From: Callorhinchus milii
Lineage: Eukaryota
Length of the DNA: 64,000 nucleotides
Direction of reading: 5' to 3'
NCBI RefSeq assembly: GCF_018977255.1
Contig: NW_024704744.1
Coordinates: 310,001-374,000, forward strand
Of the stretch, positions 40,101 through 51,226 are shown piece by piece. The position numbers and the translations under genes are program-made. Numbering within the stretch: the first letter of the stretch is position 1; each line of letters opens with the position of its first letter. The notes below the pieces were generated by a model, which did no database searches, was not told the DNA's origin, and saw only the letters and a list, made by a program, of their open reading frames with translations.

Positions 40101-40590
40101 CCACTCAGGGAGAGAGTGAGAGTCACACAGGGAGAGAGAGAAAATCACATTGAGAGAGAGAGGGGGAGAGAGAGTCATGCAAGGAGTGAGAGAGAGAGAG
40201 TCACACAAGGAGAGAGAGAGAGAGATGGAAAGAGAGAGTCACACGAGAGAGAGAGAGTCACACAAGGAGAGAGAGAGAGAGAGTAACACAAGGAGAGAGA
40301 GGAGAGAAAGAGTCACACAAGGAGAGAGTCTCCAGAGAGTGAATTGTTGAAGAGAGAGTCACACAAGGAAAGAATGAGAGTCACACAGAGAGAAAGAGAG
40401 CGAAAGACAGAGAGAGAGAGCGAGAGAGAGAGTGAGAGTCACACAGGGAGAGAGCGAGAGTCACATCGGGGCGGGGGGCGAATACCCCTATTTCTGTTTG
40501 AGAAACTGCAGGGGACCTGGCCCCGAGGGACATTAGGAGAGAGACTGAGAGATAGCAAGAGAGAGAGACAGAGACTGAGAGAGAAATATA
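37166..40590. repeat. GA-rich array, unit 2
   Basis: Direct inspection; interrupted by CR1. Confidence 0.85.
38095..39690 (+). mobile_element. CR1-clade LINE RT 3' portion, present only in duplication unit 2
   Basis: [60 protein letters not shown], and a (tctatgaa)n-type tail. Confidence 0.93.
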
Positions 40591-40773
40591 TAAAAAGGAG
40601 CCCTCCCACAGGAGCCCTCCCACTGAGTATAATGTCAAAATGTGTAAATCTATAATGTCTGTCTGTGCGTCTGTCTGTCTGTTAATCTGCATTCCATATT
40701 GGATCATTTGGTCGCAAATGAAGCTGCTACAGGTACAGCTTGTAATTTAATATAATGTTAGTGACAATATTGT

Positions 40774-41094
40774 GGAGTGCTGTAGCTCAGTGGTTAGAGC
40801 ACACGCTTTGCAAGTGAGACACGTGGGTTCAATTCCAGGCAGAGGGCGAAACCTTGGGCAAGTTTCCTTACTCCACACAGAGCCTAATAATAATCCGTCT
40901 AAAAAAAAACAATAATAAATTGGTCATTTTCAATCCACGGCTGTTTGTGGGACATTGCTGTGCGCAATTGGCTGCCGCGTTCGCCCACAAATATACAGTC
41001 ACTTCACTTTACAGTCTATTCTGTGAAGCGCTTTGAGATGTCGAGAAGACGTGAAAAGCGCTATATCAAATGAAAGGATTATTATTATTATTAT
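40774..41094 (+). mobile_element. Full-length SINE at the end of unit 2
   Basis: Head, body and (ATT)n tail. Confidence 0.9.
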
Positions 41095-41139
41095 ATTTAG
41101 TTTAGTCACTTATTTGAATCAGTGACTAAACAAATTGTC

Positions 41140-42770
41140 TGTGATCAGTGTAGGAATGTTCAACCCCTCTATAATCACCACCATATCCTCCATGAAGCCC
41201 ACCACCTGTTCCCTGGATCCCAACCCCACCCCTCTCCTCAAATCTCAGCTCCAGCTCTTTGCCCCACTACTTGCCAATATCATCAACCTCTCCCTGTCAT
41301 CTGGCGCTGTTCCTTCCCTCCTCAAAACAGTCATTATCAACTCCACTTTGAAGAAATCTTCCCTCGATCCATCACAGCTATCCATCTACCGCCACATGCT
41401 CTGGTCAAAGTCACAAGCGACATACTGACCATGTGTGACCAGGGCTCCCTCTGCTTTCTCATCCTCCTCAACCTCTCCGCCACCTTTGACACCGTGGACC
41501 ACTCAATCCTCCTCCACCGCCTCTCCTTCCACCTCAACCTTCAAGGTTCTGTCCTTGACTGGTTCAGGTCCTCCCTATCACACCGACTCCACCTCGTCTC
41601 AGCAAACGGCTTCTCCTCCACCCCCCGCACTGTCTTGTGTGGTGTTCCTCAGGACTCTGTCCTGGGTCCCCTCCTCTTCACCCTCTACATGCTCCCCCTT
41701 GGTGACATCATCTGCAGACGTAGGGTAAATTTCCAAACGTATGCGGATGATACCCAACTCTATATTTCTGCCTCCACCCTCAATTCCAGGACTACTGGCG
41801 TCCTGGCCGATTGCCTGTCTGACATCAAGTCCTAGACGAGGGACTTTCTCCAGCTGAACTTTAGCAAGACCGAGGCCCTTCTGATTGGCTCGTGCCAGCG
41901 CCTCCGCACCTCGGGCACTCGCAGCATCAGCCTCCACGGTTGCACACTCAACCTCACTAAGCCAGTCAGGAACCTGGGAGTCTTGTTTGACCCTGAACTG
42001 TCCTTTCTCCCCCATGACCGGCGCTGCCTACCACCACCTCCGCAACATTGCCACTGCCTCACCCCTCAGGCTCCCCCTCACCCACACATTCGTCACCTCG
42101 AGGCTCGATTACGAAAACTCCCTCCTCATCGGCCTTCCCAACTCTTCCCTTCACAAGCTGCAGATCATCAAAACTCTGCAGCTCATGTACTCTCTCGCAC
42201 CAGGCTCTGTGACCCCATCACTCCCACCCTCGCCCGACCCCATCTCTCCCACCTTCGCCCAACCCCATCACTCCCACCCTCGCCCGACTCCACTGGCTCC
42301 CCATCCCACAGAGGATTGAGTTCAAGATCCTCATCCTCACTTTCAAGGCCATCCATGGACTTGCCCCCTCCTACCTCTCTGACCTGCTGACTCCCTACCA
42401 ACCTGCCCGCTCCCTCCATTCAGTGGGTTCCGGTCTGCTCCATGTCTCCCGCCCGACTCACCCTACCATCGGTGGCCAGGCTTTCAGCCTCTCTGCCCCC
42501 ACACTCTGGAACTCAATCCCACGGTCCCTTCACCTCGCTTCCTCCCTTGCCTCCTTCAATAATAATAAAAATAATAATAAATAATAATTCAAGGCCGGTC
42601 TCTAGACCCTCCTCTTCGACCGTGCCTTCGGTCACCCTCCCACCTCTTTGCCTTAGCTCAGCCCTACCCCACCCCTCCCCCATGCTCGGGTCCTGACCCC
42701 TGACTGTGCAAAGCCTTGGGACGTCCTCCCAACGTGAAAGGCGCACTATAAATGTAATTTTGTTGTTGAT
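41140..42770 (+). mobile_element. L2 RT 3' fragment ending about 50 nt upstream of the V3 acceptor
   Basis: NLSATFDTVDH, GVPQDSVLGP, YADDTQ and L2 tail. Confidence 0.85.
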
Positions 42771-42820
42771 GTTGTTCCCTCCAGGCTGGACTGTAACTGA
42801 CAGAGATTTTTCCCTTACAG

Positions 42821-43165
42821 GTACGACTGATCCTCTCCTCATTCAGTCCCCGACCCTGGAACGTGTCGCAGTGGGATACCCGGCCCGGTTACAGTGCTCC
42901 ATGGAGAACGCAGACGTGAGCCGCAACGATGTACACTGGTACCGACAACTCCCGGGACAGCAGAGGGAGTGGATTTTAACACATGATACAAATGGCAGGA
43001 AAACAGATCACGAAGATGTTAATCAGCGTCTCCAGCCGTCCAGAGTCACCTCCAATAACACCTACATTCTGATACTCAGACGAGTGACAGTCAGTGACGC
43101 TGCCGTCTATCACTGCTGTGTGTGGGGAGATGTCTGTGGGAACGGGACCCGACTGAACGTAACAT
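42821..43165 (+). CDS. Gene B exon 4: divergent germline-joined VJ-type V domain V3
   Basis: Acceptor tttttcccttacag| and donor t|gtgagt; 345 nt, phase 1-1. LIQSP..LQC..WYRQLPGQ..DAAVYHCCVWGDVCGNGTRLNVT. Confidence 0.93.
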
Positions 43166-43234
43166 GTGAGTAAACTTATACTGTGTCCAGATTTTACTGT
43201 CAGATTTCAGCTTCTCAAATGTCCTCAGGAGCTT

Positions 43235-43868
43235 TGTGTAGGTACACACACTAAACTCTCACTGTGTGTAGGTAAACACCCTAAACTCACACTGTGTGTA
43301 GGTACACACACTAAACTCTCACTGTGTGTAGGTACACACCCTAAACTCTCACTGTGTGTAGGTACACACCCTAAACTCTCACTGTGTGTAGGTACGCACC
43401 CTAAACTCTCACTGTGTGTAGGTACACACCCTAAACTCACACTGTGTGTAGGTACACACCCTAAACTCTCACTGTATGTAGGTACACACCCTAAACTCAC
43501 ACTGTGTGTAGGTACACACCCTAAACTCACACTGTGTGTAGGTACACACCCTAAACTCTCACTGTGTGTAGGTACACTCCCTAAACTCTCACTTTGTGTA
43601 GGTACACACCCTAAACTCTCACTGTGTGTAGGTACACACCCTAAACTCACACTGTGTGTAGGTACACACCCTAAACTCTCACTGTATGTAGGTACACACC
43701 CTAAACTCTCACTGTATGTAGGTACACACCCTAAACTCTCACTGTATGTAGGTACACACCCTAAACTCTCACTGTGTGTAGGTACATACACTAAACTCTC
43801 ACTGTATGTAGGTACACACCCTAAACTCTCACTGTATGTAGGTACACACCCTGAACTCACACCTAAAC
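43235..43868. repeat. 30-bp minisatellite (ctgtgtgtaggtacacaccctaaactctca)n, about 21 copies
   Basis: Direct inspection; each unit carries the inverted repeat gtgtgta-gg-tacacac. Confidence 0.93.
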
Positions 43869-43954
43869 ATTAACCTGGGAGTGAATGGAAGGTATTTACA
43901 ATGAGTCTGTTCATTGCACCAAAACATGGGAGAGATTCAGAGTAGTAATGTATT

Positions 43955-44910
43955 CATAGATTCATAGAATGTTACGGCACAGAAGGAGGCCATTCGGTCC
44001 ATCGAGTCTGTGAGGCTCTTTGACAGAGCGTCACTCTCACTGACCCCAATCACCAGCTTTCACCCCATAACCCCACAAACCCGTCTTCCCCGATACCTGT
44101 ACAGTTCTCTCTTAAAAGCTGTTATCGAATCGGACTTCACTGCCCTTTCGGGCGGATCATTCCAAATTCCAACAACTCGCTGAGTGAAAACATTTCTTCT
44201 AACCCTCCCCTCTGCTTCTTTTGGTGATATCTTCAGACTGTGACCGCGGGTCACAGACACACTGACCAGCGGATACAGGTTGTCCGTAACCTTCTCTGTA
44301 ACCTGCTCTAATGGGAAACGTCCTACCTTCTCCCGCCTGTCCTCGTAGATAAAGTTCCCCATTCCTGGTATCATTCTCGTGAATCTCCTCTGTACCCTTT
44401 CCAGTGCCTTAATGTCCTTCCTGAGGTACGGTGCCCAGAACTGGACGCAGTACTCCATCTGAGGCCTAACCAGTGTTTTGTACAGATTAACCATAACCCC
44501 TACTCTTATACTCTATGCCCTACTAATAAGGGGAGTCCTGTAGCTCAGTGGTTAGAGCACTCGCTTTGCAAGTGAGACACCTGAGTTCAATCCCCGGCAG
44601 GTCAGGGCCAAACCTTGGGCAAGTTTCCTTACTCCACACAGAGCCTAATAATAATCCCTCCAAAACCAAAAAAAAACAATAATAAATTGGTCATTTTCAA
44701 TCTACGACTGTTTGTGGGACATTGCTGTGCGCAATTGGCTGCCGCGTTCGCCCACAAACATACAGTCAATTCACTTTACAGTGTGTTCTGTGAAGCGCTT
44801 TGGGACGTCCTCTCGACGTGAAAAGCGCTATATCAAATGCAAGGATTATTATTATTATTAAAGCTCAGTACACCAAATGCCTTTTTTACTGCCCTATCTA
44901 CCTGCCCCAC
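43955..44910 (-). mobile_element. CR1 3' fragment interrupted by a SINE (44532-44860)
   Basis: Same subfamily translation (ORF 44060-44494); CR1 sequence resumes after the SINE tail. Confidence 0.85.
44532..44860 (+). mobile_element. Full-length SINE inserted into CR1
   Basis: Head, body and (ATT)n tail. Confidence 0.9.
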
Positions 44911-45967
44911 TATAGAGTTATCATCGTCTGGGAAATGTACACACCCTAAACTAAGCTGATCGTAACAATAACAAATTGCATTTACGTAGCACCTTCATGT
45001 CGGGAGGATATTCTAAGGCGATTCCAACTCCAATTGGAGTTGCGGCACAGATCAGCCATAATCTAATGTAACGGGGAACAGACTCGAGGGGCTGAATGCC
45101 ATACTCCTGTTCCTACTGTCATTTGTGTCAAAGGCACTCTGTAAATGTAAATTTATATTGTAATGTCTCTTGCATTGTGATTACATTTGTAAATGTCTGT
45201 TGTTTGAAGCTCTGATTCTCTCATTCTCTCCACATTGTCTGGACACAGGGAGCAGAGAACAGGTCTGGATCAACATGGGGACAGCTCTGGGAGTCCTGGC
45301 CTGTGTTGGAGCAGCTTTTCTTACCTACAAGATGTGTAGTTTGTGAAGAAACAGTCCTGTACATTTGCCTCCATGTTTTACCTGAACTAATCCACACTGA
45401 AGGCGACTTGTCAGACTTTGGGGAAATGAAGATGTGACAAATGTAAGGAGTCTTTTTCCCAAGTTCCACACAGGACCTCCACACGTCATCTGATCAGAGG
45501 CAGTGACACGAGGCACAAAGTCATGTTATCATCAGGGGAACGTGTCAATTTAGAGGAGATATTTTACAGACGGGGTTAGAGTGTGGAATGCCTCGCCCAC
45601 ATGGCTCTTCAAACCAGAATAGTGTTTACTGGGCATTAGATAAATACAGGAGGAATTATATGCAAGGATTTGAGAAGGTGGAGGTTAATGAAGAGCTGCA
45701 GTGGGGAGTGAGCACCAGCACAGACACGATGGGGAGCGATCAGGGTAAAGGGATTACAGAGTTCCAGTGGTGCCTTCTCTTGTGCTGGAAACCTAGTGTG
45801 AGTTGGTGACTGTGTAAAGACCTGGGAATAAAGAGATTAAAATCAGCCTCAGGTTCAGCTGCACCCGATCAGAAGCTGTGACTTCCCAATGTGCCCGGAG
45901 AGAGATTGTGACGAATATTCAGACACTTTCCATTCAAAGCCACTGCATTTTATTGTTAAGTTCACAG

Positions 45968-46038
45968 CCGTTTCTCAGACTCGGGACCGCAGCTCAGCTC
46001 CAGATGCCGTCAATGTCTCTGCTTCAGGGATCAGGCCG
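45968..46038 (+). CDS. Gene B stalk/hinge exon (SVSQTRDRSSAPDAVNVSASGIRP)
   Basis: Acceptor ttcacag| and donor ccg|gtgagt; continues the V3 frame; clear homolog of exon 5937-6009. As assembled it ends in phase 0. Confidence 0.75.
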
Positions 46039-46089
46039 GTGAGTGCACCTGGGGCTGGTTTTCAGTGTTTGTCACAACATCAGGGGGTC

Positions 46090-47520
46090 CCAACAACAAG
46101 ATTACATTTGTATAGCGCCTTTCACATCGGGAGGACGTCCCAAGGCGCTGGACAGAGTACAGCGTTTCAGACCTGAGCTGGGGTTGGGGGGGGTAAGGGA
46201 GGGGAGGGGAAGGGGTGTGGCCGATGGCACAGTCGAAGAGGAGGGTCTTGAGGCGGGACTTGAAGGAGGCTAAGGAGGGGCCCAGGCAGAGTGCCTGGGG
46301 GATGGAATTCCAGAGGTTGGGGGAAGAGTGGCTGAAGGCTCTCCCGCTAATGGTGGGGCAGGTGAGTCGGGGAACTTGGAGCAGCCAGAGCCGGCTTAGG
46401 GGAGGGAACGGGTGGGTTGTTAGGGGGTTAGGAGGTCGCAGAGGTAGGGTGGGGCGAAGCCATGGAGGCCTTTGGATGTGAGGACCAGGATCTTGAACTG
46501 GATCCTCTGAAGGATACGGAGCCAATGGAGTCGGGCGAGAGTGGGGTGATGGGATCACAGAGTTTGGTGCGGGAGAGGACACGGGCTGCAGAGTTCTGGA
46601 TTATCTTCAGCCTATGGAGGGAGGAGTTGGGAAAGCCGACAAGCAGGACGTTTCCATAGTCGAGCCTCGATGAGGGCAAATTTCCTACAGTTGACTGTAG
46701 GAACAAGACTGAGGCCTTCCTGATTGGCTCGCGCCAGCGCCTCCGCACCTCAGGCTCTGGCAGCATCAACCTCCATGGTGTACACTACAACTCACCGTCA
46801 GTCAGGAACCAAGGTGTCTTGTTCGACCCTCAACTGTCTTCTTCCCCACATCCAAGCCATGACCCGCTCTGCCTTCCCTCACCTCTGTAACATCGCCCAA
46901 CTCCGTCACTACCTCACCCCTCAGGCGCTGAAACTCTGGTTCATGCCTTCATCACCTCCAGGCTCGACTATGCAAACGCCTTCCCAACTCCTCCCGACAC
47001 AGACTGCAGATAATCCAGAACTCTGCAGCCCGTGTCCTCTCCCGCACCAAACTCCGTGGCCCCATCTCCCCCACTCTCGCCCGACTCCATTGGCTCCCTA
47101 TCCTTCAGAGGATCCAGTTCAAGATCCTGGTCCTCACATCCAAAGCCCTCCATGGTCTCGCTCCACCCTACTTCTGTGACCTCTTAACCTCCTACCAACC
47201 TGCTCATTCCCTCTGCTCAGCGGGCTCTGGCTGCTCCACATCCCCCGACCCACCCGCCCCACTATTGGCAGGAGAGCCTTCAGCCACTCTCCCCCAACTT
47301 CTGGAATTACATTCCCCAATCATTCTGCTTCACCCCCTCTTTAGCCCCTTCAAGTCCCACCTCAAAACCCTCTTCGACCATGCCATAGGTCACCCTCCCT
47401 TCCCCTCCCCTCCCTTCCTCCCCCCCCCTGACCCCAGCTCAGGTCTGAAATGCTGTTTTCAGTGCTTTGGATAGTCGTCCTGACGTGAAAAGCGCTATAC
47501 AAATGTAATCTTCTTGTTGT
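46090..47520. mobile_element. Two L2 3' fragments (minus ~46090-46670, plus ~46700-47520)
   Basis: L2 3' coding motifs and tails. Confidence 0.75.
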
Positions 47521-48387
47521 TGTCCATGCTGTTTGTGCAGCTCTACTGTTAGCAAAGCAGCTGCTCCTTAGCCACACAGTCACTACATTGGTAGCACAGT
47601 GTAGAGGGAGCGTCACTGTTAGAGTTGCCAACTCTGGTTGAACATATTCCGGAAGGTTTCAGCAGATGACATAATGCCGTTAAGGACTGAGTTACTGCAG
47701 AACAAATTCACGCCACAATCATCCATTTTGAAAAATGCTTCAGTTCCTTTTAAAGGTGTAAAACACGGGGGATGAAGCTGCGGGTGGGGGGGGGGGGAGG
47801 AAAGATGACCAATAGTGCGATCAATGAGCTACATGTTGAGAAATGCTGTGAACGAGGAGAGGGATGGGGTGAGTTGGAGGGACACTGGCTGGAGTTCCTG
47901 AGAGTGGGGGCAGGATGGTTGAAAGCTCGATGGCTGATGGTGGGGGGAGCCCGGGACATGAAGTAGGCTGCTGCTCACCGAGCGGAGAGTGCGGGCAGAT
48001 CGATAGGGCTAAAGGAGGTCACAGAGGTCAGGTGGGGCAAGACCGTAGAGGGATGTAAAGGTGAGAACAAGGATCTGGAACTGGATCCACTGGGGTTGAG
48101 GAGCCAGTGGAGCCGGGTGAGGACAGGGGTGATAGGCTCACGGAGCCTGGTGCAGGAGACTTCAGCCAGTGGGAGATTTGGGACTGTCCTTGTGTAGTTG
48201 GGCTCTGTTATGTCGTGAAGCCTCCCAATGTTCTTGCTCACTCCGAGGCTTCTAGTATCACTTCAAAGGCCTCTGCTTTCACCTAATTGCTCACCTTCCC
48301 TTTGTGGTTACCTTGACAGCATCCAGACTGAGAGCTGAGTGGCTTGTGGCTTTAGCCCCAGATTCATGACGGCCTCAGCTTCAGAAG

Positions 48388-48454
48388 GTCTATCGTTGTA
48401 TTTGCTGTAGTGACTGTGCCGTGTCCTGCCATCGATACTTATACTTGTGGATAG
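48388..48454 (+). CDS. Gene B terminal exon coding part: hydrophobic tail SIVVFAVVTVPCPAIDTYTCG* (needs phase-2 entry)
   Basis: Homologous to 12061-12136, with TAG at the same aligned position; followed by an AT-rich 3'UTR and AATAAA at 48736. Out of frame with the stalk exon as assembled. Confidence 0.6.
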
Positions 48455-48735
48455 CGAGTGGTTCACCTCCTGCACCTTCACGTCGGTGACTATTTGAGTT
48501 TGTTAACATAGGCGGTTGCAAGTGACAATAGATATTTGCGATTAAAGTTTCTGTTCCGTGTATTTACAATTATTTTCATTGATTTATTTTTTTAATAGTC
48601 ATAGTAATCTTCTTGTTGTTAATTCCAATTCCTAAACCGTTTATTTACGAGTATTTTTGTGACCTTATTTACAAACATTTCCTGAACTTATTGACAAAAA
48701 CAGTCCCGTTACAGTCTGCTGTCCACATCAGTGGT

Positions 48736-48741
48736 AATAAA
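48736..48741 (+). terminator. Candidate polyadenylation signal of gene B
   Basis: AATAAA about 280 nt after the stop, preceded by an AT-rich tract with several ATTTA motifs. Confidence 0.5.
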
Positions 48742-49862
48742 CAATGTCTTAAAAAAAGGCAAAATTCTGCGGATGCCGGAAATCTGGTATAAACACAGAA
48801 GTCATTGGGAACGCAGCAGGTCAGGCAGCATCCATGGAGAGAGGAAATGAGTTAACGCTTCAAGTCTATGACCTTTCATCAGAACAGGCTCTATGTCGAT
48901 ATCGACAGTAAGCTCTTAGTATTAATGTGCGCAGAAGGACGAGGACTTGACTTGTTTGACAGTGGAAGTGGGATGTTGACATAAACAGGTTCGAGAGAAG
49001 TGGCTCGGACTGTATCATGTGGAGCGTCACTCCCCTCTCCTGGCGGGAATGTCACTGCAGCAGCTGAATCCCAACCTCAGCACAATCCGTCACTGACCAC
49101 AATCAATGTAATATCGACAGGGAATAAAGTACCAAACAGTCAAAACAAATCAACAGAGAGACAGCGATTTACCAGCAAAATCACTGGATAATGTCACTGA
49201 ATCTAACACCAACTCAGTCCAACATGTGGAGCGGTGCAGCAGCTGAACACGCAGCGGGAAAGCTTCCCGGGCAGGGATTCAATGACAAGCTGTGCTGTTT
49301 TAGATGGTTAAACTCCAGCAGTTACCCCAATGCACTCTCTGTGGTCGCCAAGTCTTGGCTCTTACCAACCTGTGCCTCATACTCTCCGGCATTAGGTCAG
49401 CACAATGCGTCCCTCCAGGGAGGGAGTGCACGTTCCATTCCAATACGTGGGAATATCATTGTGCCGATGAAATACGTGGAATTCTCGGTTTGGTTTGGAT
49501 ACTCTCAGCACGGGGCTGCTTTTCCACATCTGTCAGACACCTGGCTGACCAAAAAAACCTCTTCCTCCCAGTCCAACCCCACCCCCCCCCTTCCTCCCCA
49601 ATCAAAGCCCAGTCTTCCCTCCAGTAAACCAACAACAACAAATTACACTTGTATAGTGCCTTTCATGTCGGGAGGACGTCCCAAGGCAATGGACAGTCAG
49701 GGATTTGGACAAACCACTCTCATCACTCCCAGTGTAAACCAACTCTCTACAAACTCCATCTCCACTCATACCCTCCAGCTGATCTAGTTCCACATCAGGA
49801 GGACATCTCAAAGGCTATTTAATATATTTGTAGGATATTGACCGTCTGCCGAGTGGGGAGTG

Positions 49863-51226
49863 CATTAACAACACTGCAGAAAACAGTAAGAGCAACATCT
49901 CAATAGTATGAGGAGAGCAGAGGGGCAGCGTTGGTCATTGAATAAGGCAGGAAGCACAGAAATGTCACCAAGCAGATTGTTCCTGGGAGTCGCTGTCTTC
50001 CCTCCTGCAGGAGTGGGCAATGTGAGACGGGAGATGGTCCGTGCGTGTCCACAGAGGGACTGAGCACCGCCATCTTACGCCATCTTGGTACAGGTCAGGA
50101 TATGTGTGGCAGAGTTTTGAATCAGTTGGATTATATGGGAGGTGGAGCTCAGGAGACGGGCGAGGAGGGCATTGGAGAAATCGAGGTGGGAGGAGCTGAA
50201 AGTGTGGATCAGGGTGAGGTTTGGTGAGAAAGACATTGACGGGAGCCAAGGATTCTGTCTTAACATTCAACTGCAGAAAGTTGGTGCTGGTCCAGGGCTT
50301 GATGTGTGACAAGCGAGAGGACAGAGCATCAGTGACCTGGGGTTGTGCTGGAGGAGGTTTCATTTACTGTGTGTGAGGTCAGGCCGGCCACAGGGTTTAT
50401 TTTTACTGCAGTGAAATCTCATCTTGTCAGAGCCTCGGTCTGAGCTGGATGTTCATGTCCTCACTGACCCCCAGAAGCCGCTCAAGACAATCTGCCACCC
50501 ATGGCCAACCTTCAGTGCTGCCCCCTCCTACCACCTTAGACATCGGTGAGGGGATCGCAGATCACTGGGGCTTTCACTGGTCTAAGGGCCAAACTGGGAC
50601 CCTCAGCCCTGCCCCACCTGTCAAATATGGACTGATGACCTGAGGGTGGGGCTGGCTGGCACAGCAGCTGGCGGGGTAGTTCCCAGCCCCCAACCACAGC
50701 CTCCCCTTCAGTTTCCTATCTACAAGGTGCTCAGAAGTAGGGTTCGTCTACGCTTTGTAGATCGACTGTTGTAGCTCAGTGGGTAGAGCACTGGCCTCGC
50801 AACCGAGAGGGCTCGGGTTTGATTCCCGGGCAAAACGTTGGGCAAATTTCCTTAGGCCACACTCCTCTGTTTACCTAACAGTAAGCAGGAGCCCGGTTTC
50901 CCTCTGCCTCCACCTTTGACTCCAGGACCCTCTGCTGCCCTGACACAATGTCTGTCATATTTCAATGAGAGCTAACATTCCTCAGTTGATTGAACATCAA
51001 CAAGACTGAGGCTCTGCTGATCGGCTCCCGTCAGCGCCTCCTCACCTCAGGCACTGACAGCATCACCATCCATGGGGCTCACTCCCCCTCACTGAGCCGG
51101 TCCCGAACCTTGGGGTCTGGTTTGACCCTCAACAATCCTTTCTCCCCCATCACCCCCATCCTCACTGTGCTCCACTGCTGCACTGCTCCCCATACCCCAG
51201 AACATAAAGTTCAAAATCCTCGTCCT
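49863..51226 (+). repeat. Left arm of inverted duplication
   Basis: Reverse complement matches 55847-59158; near-identical short ORFs appear on opposite strands (49965- vs 58677+, 50449+ vs 58391-). Confidence 0.85.

Larger units (their letters stand above)
31767..40996 (+). repeat. Tandem segmental duplication carrying V1 and V2 (unit 1: 31767-35913; unit 2: 35914-40996)
   Basis: Both units start gctttaaatattttt and share the V exon, CR1/L2 scraps, GA-rich array and terminal SINE. The unit 1 SINE is cut at aaatatac exactly where unit 2 begins. Confidence 0.9.

Noticed and set aside
31952-43165. Rearranging Ig light chain or TCR V segments
   Set aside because: No heptamer/nonamer follows any V, the J-like strand is already fused in the exon, and I found no separate J or C exon.
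42821-43165. Naming as NCR3/NKp30 or CD8 because of GNGTRL / VJ architecture
   Set aside because: A shared motif is not enough. The framework looks IgL/TCR-like, there are three V domains and there is no charged TM residue, so no symbol was assigned.
43235-43868. CRISPR-like array
   Set aside because: Units are contiguous with no unique spacers, and the context is eukaryotic.
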